Assembly (NCBI GenBank): GCA_964594835.1
Contig: CAZQNA010000001.1
Location: 160,001 to 224,000, forward strand
Direction: 5' to 3'
Length of the DNA: 64,000 nt
Origin: an uncultured Nitrososphaerota archaeon
GTDB lineage: Archaea; Korarchaeota; Korarchaeia; Korarchaeales; Korarchaeaceae
Under the pieces are notes generated by a model that worked only from the letters and a program-made list of their open reading frames with translations, did not search any database and had not been told where the DNA came from. A program made the position numbers and the translations under genes. The stretch's first letter is position 1, and every line of letters begins with the position of its first letter. Below are positions 36,908 through 46,253 of the stretch, piece by piece.

Positions 36908-37357
36908 TCACACGGTTCCCCTCTCTTTCTCGAGCACCTCAATCCGCTCAATCCTGGTGTAGGGGTACTGTCCACGCTCGTCCTTCTCGTACCGCTTTAC
37001 CATGTCCCACACCGCAAGGAGAGCGGCCGACACCCCCGCGAGGGCCTCCATCTCTACGCCCGTCTTCCCGACGCTCTTGACCGTCACCTCGATTTCTACC
37101 CCCTCTTCCAGGGTCCTGAACTCGACCTCGACCCCCGTTATGGGAATGGGGTGGCAGAGGGGCACGAGCTCAGGGGTCCTCTTGACCGCCATTATGGCGG
37201 CCACCCTTGCAACAGAGGATACGTCTCCCTTCTCCACCCTGCCCTCCCTTATCCTCCTCAGGCTCTCCTCGGTCAGCCTGATGAATCCACGGGCCCTGGC
37301 GATCCGGAAGACGTCCCCCTTCCCCGTTATGTCGACCATCCTAACGTCCAACGGCAC
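36908..37357 (-). CDS. moaC: Cyclic pyranopterin monophosphate synthase MoaC
   Basis: MVDITGK, PLCHPI, TGVEMEAL and WDMVK motifs. Confidence 0.95.
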   Translation of the reverse strand: MPLDVRMVDITGKGDVFRIARARGFIRLTEESLRRIREGRVEKGDVSSVARVAAIMAVKRTPELVPLCHPIPITGVEVEFRTLEEGVEIEVTVKSVGKTGVEMEALAGVSAALLAVWDMVKRYEKDERGQYPYTRIERIEVLEKERGTV

Positions 37358-38318
37358 CTCCCCCCGCGGCGGCCTCCGCCCTCGCCACCGGGATGACCCA
37401 CCCGAAGTACGGCTTCCTCAGGGACACGGCCCTGAGGTATATCAGGGTTAGCTCTTCGTCGCTGGCCCCGGCCCTCATGGGCCCCAGGAAGTCCACCGTG
37501 TTGTCCTCCAAGAACAGGCACGGCTTGAATCGGCCGTCGCTCGTTATCCTGATCCTCGTGCACCTGGCGCAGAAGTCTGGGTTCCCCATGGGGCCCACGA
37601 GTTCCACCTCGACCCCGCCCACGTCGAAAACGAGCCGGTTCTGCATGTCGTGCCTGATGTGGACGAGCCGACCCCCGAGTCCCCTGACGGTCTCCACCAG
37701 CTGGTCCAGGGAGATCCCGTACCTCCTCATGAGGGGGGAGTCAGGATCCGCGTCCTCCAGCTGTATGAGCTGGACAACGGCCCCCACGCGCCTGGCGAAC
37801 TCGATCAGATCGGGCGTCTCGTCGTCGTTGACTCCCCTCAGGAGGACCCTGTTCAGCTTCAGCTGCCTGAACCCCTCGGCCGAGGCGGCCTCTATCCCCC
37901 TCACGACGTCTCTGAGGGCGTCCACCCTGGTTATCTCCCTGAACCTTTCCGGCCGCAGGCTGGGCAGGCTCACGTTCACCCTGTCCAGCCCGGCCTCCCT
38001 CAGCTCGGAGGCCAGCCCTGCCAGCCTAGATCCGTTGGTCACCATGCTCAGGTCGGTTATCCCTCCGACCTCGGAGATCCTCCGCACGACCTCGGCTATG
38101 TCGTCCCTCACGGTCGGCTCGCCCCCGGTGAGCTTCACCTTGTGCACCCCGTGGCGCGCCAGGACCCCCACTATCCTGCCTATCTCGTCCGGGGTCATCT
38201 CTCTTCCCCTCGGGACGTAGCCCTCCCTGTGACAGTAGAAGCAGGAGAAGTTGCAGGCGCTGGTTACGGATATCCTGACGTTGTAGACCGGCCGATCGAA
38301 CGGGTCGACAACCCTCAA
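37341..38318 (-). CDS. moaA: GTP 3',8-cyclase MoaA
   Basis: RISVTSACNFSCFYC, LTGGEP and FCARCTRIRITSDG..KPCL motifs. Confidence 0.95.
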   Translation of the reverse strand: MRVVDPFDRPVYNVRISVTSACNFSCFYCHREGYVPRGREMTPDEIGRIVGVLARHGVHKVKLTGGEPTVRDDIAEVVRRISEVGGITDLSMVTNGSRLAGLASELREAGLDRVNVSLPSLRPERFREITRVDALRDVVRGIEAASAEGFRQLKLNRVLLRGVNDDETPDLIEFARRVGAVVQLIQLEDADPDSPLMRRYGISLDQLVETVRGLGGRLVHIRHDMQNRLVFDVGGVEVELVGPMGNPDFCARCTRIRITSDGRFKPCLFLEDNTVDFLGPMRAGASDEELTLIYLRAVSLRKPYFGWVIPVARAEAAAGGGAVGR

Positions 38319-38358
38319 TCCGATCGGAGGCCCGGTGATCCTAGAGGTAAAAAACCCC

Positions 38359-39039
38359 CTACCCCCAGGGGGTCCCCTCCTCGACCCAGCGGCCTCCCCC
38401 CTCCGTGACCTCCTTCTTCCATATGGTGACCCTTCTCTTGACAGAGTCGACGATCCCGGCCAGGGTCTCGAAGGCCTCCTGCCGGTGCTCCGACGCCACG
38501 GCCACGAGCATCACCCGCTCCCCCGGCTCCCTGGCTCCGACGGTGTGGTAGATCACCACCTCCTTCACCCCGGCCCTCTTGAGCGCCTCTTCTCGTATGG
38601 CCTCCATCTCCCTGAGGGCCATCTCCTCGTAGGCCTCGTACTCCAGCCTGAGCACCCTCTCGCCGGCCGAGCTCCCCCGGACGACCCCCACGAATATGAC
38701 CACCGCCCCGGCCTCTCCCGCCCCCGGAGAGACCTCCGAGAACAGCTCTTCCAGGGAGGGAAGCTCTCGAAACAGCCCCACCTTCGGACCACCGCCCGAC
38801 ACGGGGGGGAAGACCGCGACCGAGTCCCCTTCCCTCAGCGGGTCTCCAGGCCTGGCGAAGCGTCCGTTGACCGCCACTATCGCGCGCCCCTCCCTAAGCC
38901 TCTCGGATATCCCGGGAACCAGGCCGTCGAGCTTCCTCACGAGGTCCTCCACCTTCGAGCCCTCTCCCAGCTCCAACTCGAGCTGGGACCGACCCGCCGC
39001 CTCCCTGAACGAGGCGAAGAGCTTCACGCTGACGCGCAC
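38359..39039 (-). CDS. moaE: MoaD(SAMP)-MoaE fusion, molybdopterin synthase
   Basis: KLFASFRE...FPPVSGG followed by GAVVIFVGVVR, LEYEAY, HRQEAF and IWKKE. Confidence 0.9.
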   Translation of the reverse strand: MRVSVKLFASFREAAGRSQLELELGEGSKVEDLVRKLDGLVPGISERLREGRAIVAVNGRFARPGDPLREGDSVAVFPPVSGGGPKVGLFRELPSLEELFSEVSPGAGEAGAVVIFVGVVRGSSAGERVLRLEYEAYEEMALREMEAIREEALKRAGVKEVVIYHTVGAREPGERVMLVAVASEHRQEAFETLAGIVDSVKRRVTIWKKEVTEGGGRWVEEGTPWG

Positions 39040-39111
39040 GCGGATCGCGCGTCCGGGTGGGAAATAAAGCCGAGGTTCCACCTTATAGCCACCACCACCG
39101 TCGGCCGCCAG

Positions 39112-40068
39112 GTGCCGCTCCGCCCAGGGCCCGTCTACATGGAGATCCTGAGGGCCGCGGAGTCGGTCCCCAGGGGGAGGCTGACCACCTTCGTAGAGAT
39201 AGCCAGGGCCTTAGGAGATTTCAGGGCCGCCAAGGCCGTAGCTGAGGTCATTTCCGTCATGGGTGGGCCCTACGGGGTCCCGTGGCACCGGGTCGTGTCC
39301 TCCAGGGGGGAGGTGCTGAGGGGGGCCGAGGCCGCCCTGAGGGCCGAGGGGGTGGAGGTCAGGGACGGCAGGGTGGTAGACCTCTCCCGCAGGCTGGTCC
39401 CGGCAGACGAGCTCGAGGCGAGCCCAGTCCTGGCCGAGATGAGGAGGGCCCAGCGCATCCTCGCCGAGAGGGTGATACTGGAGGGCGAGCTCGAGGAGGC
39501 CTCCCTCGTGGCGGGGGCAGACGTGGCGTATCGCTGGGAGCGCGGCGAGGGGGGCCTCCCGATCGAGGTGGCCAGGGGGGCCGTCGTGGTGGTCGACGAG
39601 GAGCTCAGGGTGGTGGACGGCTCTATAAACGTCTCCCCGGCTCAGATGCCCTACGTGCCGACGTATCTGGCCTTCCGAGAGTTCCCGGCCGTCGCGAGGG
39701 TGCTGTCCAGGCTGGAGTTCGACGCCGTAATGGTCGACGGGCACGGCATCGCCCACCCGACGTTCTTCGGAGAGGCGAGCCACCTGGGCGTCTGCCTGGA
39801 CGTCCCGTCTGTCGGCGTCGCCAAGAGGAGGCTGGTCGGCAGGCCGAGGGGGGAGGAGCTGATCTACATGACCCGGCAGGTGGGGTGGGCGGTCCCCATC
39901 AGGCCCGGCGGCAAGCCCGTGTACGTGTCTCCAGGCCACAAGATCTCCCTTGAGGGAGCTTTAAGACTCTTCAAGAGATTCCGGGGAGGAACCAGGGTCC
40001 CCGCCCCTGTGAGGCTCGCTCACAGGCTCGCGGAGTTTCCCAAGGGCGGGGGGACGTCCCTGCCCTGA
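39112..40068 (+). CDS. nfi: Alkyltransferase-like (ATL) domain fused to endonuclease V
   Basis: VPRGRLTTF.EIA...PWHRVV, then GADVAY, PYVPTYLAFRE, VDGHG.AHP, GVAK and YVSPGH. Start 39112 or 39139. Confidence 0.9.
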   Translation: MPLRPGPVYMEILRAAESVPRGRLTTFVEIARALGDFRAAKAVAEVISVMGGPYGVPWHRVVSSRGEVLRGAEAALRAEGVEVRDGRVVDLSRRLVPADELEASPVLAEMRRAQRILAERVILEGELEEASLVAGADVAYRWERGEGGLPIEVARGAVVVVDEELRVVDGSINVSPAQMPYVPTYLAFREFPAVARVLSRLEFDAVMVDGHGIAHPTFFGEASHLGVCLDVPSVGVAKRRLVGRPRGEELIYMTRQVGWAVPIRPGGKPVYVSPGHKISLEGALRLFKRFRGGTRVPAPVRLAHRLAEFPKGGGTSLP

Positions 40069-40115
40069 CTTGAAGTCTTTTACGTTTCTACTCGCGGAGC
40101 CCCCCACGATCCGAT

Positions 40116-41561
40116 TTGCCGCGGAGGCTGGTCTCACACCCAATACTCGAGTTCGAGAGGGGTAGAGAGGTCGAGTTCACCTTTGAGGGGAGGAGGATAA
40201 GGGCCTTCGAGTTCGAGAGCGTCGCGGCCGCGCTGGTCGCGGAGGGGATAATGACGCTGGGCTGGAGCCCGAGGAGGCTGAGGCCCAGGGGATTCTTCTG
40301 CGGAATCGGAAAGTGCTCCTCGTGCCTCATGACGGTCGACGGAGTCCCGAACGTGAGGACCTGCATCACCCCGGTCAGGGAGGGGATGGAGGTGTGGAGG
40401 CAGAGGCCCCTCGGGGAGCTCCCGAGGGCCCCGCCGCCGGCGGCCAAGGCGGGAGAGCTGGACGTCGACCTCCTGATCGTGGGCGGGGGGCCGGCGGGGC
40501 TCTCGGCCGCCATAGAGGCGGCCAGGCTGGGGGCGAGGGTGGCCATAGCCGACGAGAACCTCAGGCCGGGGGGCCAGCTGATCAAGCAGACCCACAAGTT
40601 CTTCGGCTCGAGGGAGAACTACGCCGGCGTGAGGGGGGTGGAGATAGCCAGGATCCTCCTGAGGGAGCTGAGGGAGATCGGGGAGAGGGTCACCTGGCTG
40701 ACTAGGGCGACGGTGGTCGCCGATTACGTGGGATCCGCCCACGACGTCGTGATAAGCACGCCCGAGGGGCCCTGGAGGGTCAGGGCCGACGCGGTCGTCG
40801 CGGCCACCGGCGCCATGGAGAACATGATCCCCTTCCCGAACAACGACCTCCCCGGGGTGATGGGGGCCGGGGGCCTGCAGACCCTCATGCACGTCTTCGG
40901 GGTCGTGCCTGGGGAGAGCGCGCTGGTGGTCGGGGCCGGGAACGTGGGGCTCATACTGGCCTACCAGCTCCTCCAGGCTGGCGTGAGGGTGGAGGCGATC
41001 GTGGAGATCATGCCCAAGATCGGCGGGTACGCGGTGCACGCCGCCAAGGTCAGGAGGATGGGGGTCCCGATCCTCCTGAGGCACACCCTCAGCAGGGCGA
41101 TCGGCCGGGAGAGGGTCGAGGCCGCTGAGGTGGTCCGGGTGGACGAGAACTTCAGGCCCATGGAGGGCACAGAGGAGCAGTTCGACGTCGACATGATCGT
41201 GCTGGCAGTGGGGCTGACCCCCTCGACCGAGATCCCGAGACAGGCCGGCGCGGAGTGGGATTACGTCCCGGAGCTTGGAGGGCCCGTCCCCGTGCACGAC
41301 GTACTCCTGAGGACCACCGTCGAGGGGATGTACGTGGCCGGGGACTCCTCGGGTATAGAGGAGGCCACCACGGCCATGCTCGAGGGGCGGGTGGCGGGCG
41401 CCGACGCGGCCGCCGAACTCGGGATTGGCTCGGACAGGGCCCGGGAGGTCATAGAAGAGGCCCTTCACCAGCTCGAGGAGTTCCGGAGGGGTCCCTTCAG
41501 CGAGAGGGTCGTGAGGGGAAAGCGGAGGATATGGGAGAGGGCAAGGGAGGTGATCGGATGA
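40116..41561 (+). CDS. Proline dehydrogenase/sarcosine oxidase-type alpha subunit with N-terminal 2Fe-2S domain
   Basis: FCGIGKCSSC...RTC, GGGPAG, ATGAME and AGD motifs. Confidence 0.87.
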   Translation: MPRRLVSHPILEFERGREVEFTFEGRRIRAFEFESVAAALVAEGIMTLGWSPRRLRPRGFFCGIGKCSSCLMTVDGVPNVRTCITPVREGMEVWRQRPLGELPRAPPPAAKAGELDVDLLIVGGGPAGLSAAIEAARLGARVAIADENLRPGGQLIKQTHKFFGSRENYAGVRGVEIARILLRELREIGERVTWLTRATVVADYVGSAHDVVISTPEGPWRVRADAVVAATGAMENMIPFPNNDLPGVMGAGGLQTLMHVFGVVPGESALVVGAGNVGLILAYQLLQAGVRVEAIVEIMPKIGGYAVHAAKVRRMGVPILLRHTLSRAIGRERVEAAEVVRVDENFRPMEGTEEQFDVDMIVLAVGLTPSTEIPRQAGAEWDYVPELGGPVPVHDVLLRTTVEGMYVAGDSSGIEEATTAMLEGRVAGADAAAELGIGSDRAREVIEEALHQLEEFRRGPFSERVVRGKRRIWERAREVIG

Positions 41562-42040
41562 GCGAGCCCGGCGTTATCCCTGAGGACGTGCTGTCCAGCC
41601 TCCTGCCGCCGGACGAGAAGGCAGAGGGGAGGGCCGTCGCGGTCATAGAGTGCCACGAGGAGATACCCTGCGACACCTGCCGTTGGGTCTGCCCCGTCAA
41701 GGCCGTCATCAAGCCTTCCGTCACGACCCCGCCTAGGTGCAACTGGGACGCGTGCATAGGGTGCGGGACCTGCGTCCTGGCCTGTCCGGGTCTGGCGATC
41801 TTCATGGTGAAGCTCGACGGGGAGTGGGCCGAGGTGTCAGTCCCGTACGAGTTCCTGCCCGTGCCCGAGAGGGGGGAGGTTGTCTGGGCCCTGGACAGGG
41901 TGGGGAGGAGGGTGGCCAGGGCCGAGGTGGTGAGGGCCGTGACGTCGAAGGACAGGACCTCCATGGTGACGGTCAGGGTGCCGAGGGAGCTGGCTCACAC
42001 CGTGAGGGCCATTCTCCCGCCGGAGAGGGGGGAGGGGTGA
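41558..42040 (+). CDS. Ferredoxin subunit of the dehydrogenase complex
   Basis: ECHEEIPCDTCRWVCP and CIGCGTCVLACPGLAIF. ATG 41558. Confidence 0.87.
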   Translation: MSEPGVIPEDVLSSLLPPDEKAEGRAVAVIECHEEIPCDTCRWVCPVKAVIKPSVTTPPRCNWDACIGCGTCVLACPGLAIFMVKLDGEWAEVSVPYEFLPVPERGEVVWALDRVGRRVARAEVVRAVTSKDRTSMVTVRVPRELAHTVRAILPPERGEG

Positions 42041-42043
42041 GGC

Positions 42044-42367
42044 ATGGCGCGCGAGGACGAGATCACGATCTGCAGGTGCGAGGACGTCACGGCCGCCGAG
42101 GTCGTGGAGGCGATAAGGGTCTACGGGGCGAGGACCCTCGAGGAGCTCAAGAGGATTCTGAGGATAGGGATGGGGCCCTGCCAGGGTAGGACCTGCCTCA
42201 GGCTGGCGGCGGGGATACTCGCGAGGGAGCTCGGGGTCCCCACGGCGGAGGTGATGAGGGGGCTCCCGCGCGTGAGGCCCCCCATCGTCCCGGTGCCCGT
42301 AGGTCACCTCGCCCTGATCGAGTCGACGGAGGGCGAGTCGGAGTCTGGGGGAGGGGGGGAGGATTGA
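42044..42367 (+). CDS. BFD-like (2Fe-2S) subunit
   Basis: ICRCEDVT...GMGPCQGRTC and RPP motifs. Confidence 0.87.
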   Translation: MAREDEITICRCEDVTAAEVVEAIRVYGARTLEELKRILRIGMGPCQGRTCLRLAAGILARELGVPTAEVMRGLPRVRPPIVPVPVGHLALIESTEGESESGGGGED

Positions 42368-43521
42368 GGCGGCCTAGGGAGAGATACGACGTCGTGGTGA
42401 TAGGCGCGGGGATAGTGGGCTGCGCCACGGCCTACTACCTCTCCGCGAGGGGGCTGAGCGTGGCGGTCTTCGACCGCTCCTACATAGCCTCCGGCTCGAC
42501 GGGGCGGTGTCCCGGTGGGATAAGGCAGCAGTGGGCCACGGAGGACCACGTCAGGCTTGCCATGAAGAGCGTCGAGATCTACAAGAACCTGGACCAGGAG
42601 CTGGGGGTGGACACGGGGTACAGGCAGGGGGGCTACCTGATCATCGCCAAGACCGAGGAGGAGGTGAGGCAGTTCCAGAGGAACATGAGGATTCAGAGGT
42701 CCCTGGGCCTCCCCGTGAGGTGGCTCGAGCCTGGGGAGATCAGGGAAGTGGTGCCTGAGCTGGACGTCGAGGGGATAGGGGCCATCGGCGCGGCCTGGAA
42801 TCCAACGGACGGGTACGCCGATCCCTTCAAGGTGACGTACGGCTACGCCAGGGCTGCCGAGAGGCTGGGGGCCGAGATATTCACGTTCAACGAGGTGAGG
42901 AGGGTCGTGGTCGAGGACGGCCAGGTCAGGGGGGTGGAGACCCCCCGGGGGGTGGTCAGGGCCGACTGGGTCGTCAACGCGGCCGGGGCGTGGTCGAGGC
43001 CCATCGCAGAGACGGCCGGGGTGAGGCTTCCGAACAGGCCGTACAGGCACGAGATACTCGTGACAGAGCCTGTGAAGCCCTTCCTCCGCCCAATGGTGAT
43101 ATCCTTCCACGACAACGTCTACTTCAGGCAGTCCTCCAGGGGCGGCATAATCGGGGGTTGGGGCGACCCCAACGAGAGGCCTGGGTACAACTTCAGGTCC
43201 AGCCTCAGGTTCCTCGTCACGATGACCAGGCTCCTCTCAACGTACCTCCCCTCCCTGAGGGGGATCAGGGTGGTCAGGCAGTGGGCGGGCCTCTACGACG
43301 TGACGCCCGACGCCCACCAGATAACGGGTCCGGTTAGGGGGGTCGAGGGCTTCGTCCAGGCCAACGGCTTCAGCGGCCACGGCTTCATGATGGGACCGGC
43401 CACCGCCCACCTGGTGGCCCAGCTGATATCGGGCGAGACTCCAGACCTCCCGCTGGACCCCTTCCTTCCGGAGAGGTTCGAGAGGGGAGTCTCAGCCGGA
43501 GAGACCGCCGTCGTGGGCTAA
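42364..43521 (+). CDS. FAD-dependent dye-linked proline dehydrogenase/sarcosine oxidase beta subunit
   Basis: GAGIVG, STGRCPGGIRQ, WAGLYDVTPD and GFSGHGFMMGP motifs. Confidence 0.9.
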   Translation: MRRPRERYDVVVIGAGIVGCATAYYLSARGLSVAVFDRSYIASGSTGRCPGGIRQQWATEDHVRLAMKSVEIYKNLDQELGVDTGYRQGGYLIIAKTEEEVRQFQRNMRIQRSLGLPVRWLEPGEIREVVPELDVEGIGAIGAAWNPTDGYADPFKVTYGYARAAERLGAEIFTFNEVRRVVVEDGQVRGVETPRGVVRADWVVNAAGAWSRPIAETAGVRLPNRPYRHEILVTEPVKPFLRPMVISFHDNVYFRQSSRGGIIGGWGDPNERPGYNFRSSLRFLVTMTRLLSTYLPSLRGIRVVRQWAGLYDVTPDAHQITGPVRGVEGFVQANGFSGHGFMMGPATAHLVAQLISGETPDLPLDPFLPERFERGVSAGETAVVG

Positions 43522-43536
43522 GCACGCGCCGCGGGG

Positions 43537-44367
43537 CTACTCCAGGTGCCTGGCTATGGCCCTCAGGAGATCCATCTCCGTGACTATCCCGACCAGCCTG
43601 CCGGCCGTGACCACGGGCAGGGCCCCCACCCCCGCCTCGGTGGTCCTCCTCACGGCGGCCATGACGCCGAACTGAGGGTTGACTTTCAGAGGACTCTCGG
43701 TCATCACCCTCCTCACTGGACCGAAGAAGGCGTCGGAGGCGGACGGGTCCTCCTCACAGCCCGAGGCCAGGGCGACGAGGTCCCTGGCCGTCACTATCCC
43801 GACGAGCTTGCCGACCTCATCCACCACTGGGTACCTCCTGAACCCCCCCTCCACCATCCCCCTGACTGCCTTGTGGACCGGATCCTCCGGGCGCAGCGTC
43901 CTGACCTCGCGGGTCATTATCTCCCTGACGCTCTCGCGAACCTCTACGGCATCCTTGAGCGCGTTGAGGAGGTCCCGCTCGGTCACTATGCCAAGGAGCC
44001 TCCCCCTCTCGTCCACCACGAGGGCGGCCCCCGCGTCCGTCGAGAGCACGGCGTTCAGGACCTCTCTGATCGGCGCGAATGGATCAACGATGGCCGGTGG
44101 AGAGTGGAGGACGCTTCTAAGAGGCTTCCTAAGGGCCTCTATGACGCAGGCCCTTCCCGCATCTGGAGAGATGGCCTCTGAGATGGCCTTGAGGACGTCC
44201 CTGGCCGTCACTATCCCCACGACCTCTCCGTCCTGGAGGACGGGGAGGCGCCTGAACCAGCCCCTGGTCATGACCTTCGCGGCCTTGAGAATGGCGTCCT
44301 CCGGTCGGGCGGTGACCACAGACAGTGTTGAGATCTCTATGGCCTTCTTCTCCAGCCCCTGACCCAC
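43537..44367 (-). CDS. Protein with four CBS domains
   Basis: Repeated (L/Y)PV...VGIVTxxD motifs. Confidence 0.9.
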   Translation of the reverse strand: MGQGLEKKAIEISTLSVVTARPEDAILKAAKVMTRGWFRRLPVLQDGEVVGIVTARDVLKAISEAISPDAGRACVIEALRKPLRSVLHSPPAIVDPFAPIREVLNAVLSTDAGAALVVDERGRLLGIVTERDLLNALKDAVEVRESVREIMTREVRTLRPEDPVHKAVRGMVEGGFRRYPVVDEVGKLVGIVTARDLVALASGCEEDPSASDAFFGPVRRVMTESPLKVNPQFGVMAAVRRTTEAGVGALPVVTAGRLVGIVTEMDLLRAIARHLE

Positions 44368-44443
44368 GTGGAGAGGCTGTGGACCAATTTGTTTAAAACA
44401 TTTACTTAATGGCCGGAGAATCTACCTGAGGACGCGCAGACCC

Positions 44444-44743
44444 TCAGGGGAACATGGGCTCCGCCCTCTCTGAGTTCGGGTTCCAAACCATCAACCTCTC
44501 GCCCTTCTTCTCCTTCGGGATCACCAGCAGACGTCTGTGAGACTGCCTCAGCGGCAGCACGAAGTACTCCTCCACGGTGCCGTCGTCTCCCAGAAGCACA
44601 AGCTTGTACTTGTCCTCCGTCCTCTCCATCGTGTCCGGGTCTCGATACTCGATCAGGGCAAACCTCCCCCTCCTGACCAGCGTTCTGACCTCGACCTTTC
44701 CCTTCTTCGATACGGTCAGGACCTCCTCTGGGACCTCCCCCAT
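44444..44743 (-). CDS. Hypothetical protein
   Basis: 99-aa ORF from ATG 44743 with genome-typical composition, co-oriented with adk. Confidence 0.6.
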   Translation of the reverse strand: MGEVPEEVLTVSKKGKVEVRTLVRRGRFALIEYRDPDTMERTEDKYKLVLLGDDGTVEEYFVLPLRQSHRRLLVIPKEKKGERLMVWNPNSERAEPMFP

Positions 44744-44790
44744 CTGGGATCGGGGCGAGATGCCGCCGGGAGTCAAAAACGCTTTTCCAC

Positions 44791-45465
44791 TCAGCAGTCT
44801 CCCTGGGCAGCTATCGGATCCAGGGCCCTCTGGATGTCCTCCCAAACCTGATCTATCTCTTTGCACCCGTCCACCTCGATGAGGATGCCTCTCTGCCTGT
44901 AATACCCCACGAGGGGCTCGGTCTGCCTGTGATAGACCCTGAGCCTCTCCCTCACGACCTCCTCCCTGTCGTCGTCCCTCTGGACGAGCCTCCCCCCGCA
45001 GCGGTCGCAGACGCCAGGCACCCTGGGGGGGCTGTAGTCCAGGTGGTAGATGGCCCCGCAGCTCTCGCAGACCCTCCTCCTGGAGAGCCTCCTGACGACG
45101 GCCTCCTCCGACACCCTCAGGTAGAGCACGGCGTCGAGATCCTTGTTGGCCTCCCTGAGCATCCTGTCCAGCGCCTCGGCCTGGGACAGGGTCCGCGGGA
45201 ACCCGTCGAGGATGAACCCCCTCTCGCAGTCAGGCCTGCATATCCTGTCCCTGACCATCTCCACCACGAGCTCGTCCGGCACGAGTTCGCCCGACTCCAC
45301 GTACCTCCTCACCCTGCTTGCCAGCTCGTCCTCCCTCCTGAGGATCTCGCGGAACATGTCTCCCGTGGACACGTGGGGTATCCCATACTTGGACGAGATC
45401 CGGGCCGACTGGGTTCCCTTTCCGGCCCCCGGGGGGCCCACTATGACGAGCCTCAAGGGGATCAC
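44791..45465 (-). CDS. adk: Adenylate kinase (bacterial type, Zn lid)
   Basis: GPPGAGKGTQ, STGDMFR, LDGFPRT, CESCG...CDRCG and RDDD motifs. GTG 45465 overlaps the upstream stop. Confidence 0.95.
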   Translation of the reverse strand: MIPLRLVIVGPPGAGKGTQSARISSKYGIPHVSTGDMFREILRREDELASRVRRYVESGELVPDELVVEMVRDRICRPDCERGFILDGFPRTLSQAEALDRMLREANKDLDAVLYLRVSEEAVVRRLSRRRVCESCGAIYHLDYSPPRVPGVCDRCGGRLVQRDDDREEVVRERLRVYHRQTEPLVGYYRQRGILIEVDGCKEIDQVWEDIQRALDPIAAQGDC

Positions 45466-46136
45466 CCGATCGAGGCCGCAACCAGCCTGCCGAGGGGGGT
45501 GAGCTCCACCGCGGTCTTTCGACCGATCCTCGTCACCTTCACGAAGCCCATGGCCTCCAGGCCCGGGGTCCTCTCTGACCCCCTGATGTGGTAGCTCAGG
45601 AGGGCCCGGCTCATGGCGGTCTTCTGGGACAGGTTGTCGAGCCCCTCCACCCTCCCCCCCTCGGACCAGAGTGCGGCGAGGATGCTGAGCTTCTCCTCGC
45701 TGAGCCCGACCCTGAGGCCGTTGGGCGGGGTGGGGAGGCTGATTATCCTCCCGTTTACGACGTCGAAGCAGGGGAGGCCGTGGGCCATGGCCGCAAGGAG
45801 GCCGGCGACGGCCTGGCTCTTGTCCGCCGCCCCTATGTTGACCTCGATGGAGGTGTACTCCTCGCACAGCTCCCTCATGGCCTCTCTCATGATGGTGGCC
45901 ATCTCCTCGGGGCTTTTGGAGTCCTGGTAGGGAACCAGCTTTATTGGGAGGCTCAGCAGGGCGCTGAGGACATCGGACTGGGCTGTCACTGCCTCCATCT
46001 CCTCCCGCCGAAATATCAGGACGAGACCGTGGACCTGTCTCTCCCTAAGCGCGGCCGTGAGTGCGTCGGTGAAGCTGCCAGAAACCAGCGCGAGCTGGCA
46101 GACTCGCTCCTCCTGCAATGGAACCCCTCTGGGCAC
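45462..46136 (-). CDS. CARF-like Rossmann domain plus wHTH transcription regulator (Csa3/DUF6293-like)
   Basis: N-terminal alpha/beta domain with IEVNIGAADK...LP and C-terminal wHTH LSYHI...LEAMGFV...ELTPLG. Confidence 0.65.
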   Translation of the reverse strand: MPRGVPLQEERVCQLALVSGSFTDALTAALRERQVHGLVLIFRREEMEAVTAQSDVLSALLSLPIKLVPYQDSKSPEEMATIMREAMRELCEEYTSIEVNIGAADKSQAVAGLLAAMAHGLPCFDVVNGRIISLPTPPNGLRVGLSEEKLSILAALWSEGGRVEGLDNLSQKTAMSRALLSYHIRGSERTPGLEAMGFVKVTRIGRKTAVELTPLGRLVAASIG

Positions 46137-46253
46137 GCGGAGACAATTTATAAGCTCTCCGCACGACAGTCAAGCGCGATACTGCCAGAGGTCCGACGGG
46201 GCGCTGGGAAGGGGTAAATAGGCGGGGAGAGATCTCCCCTCTGGTGCGGAGAT

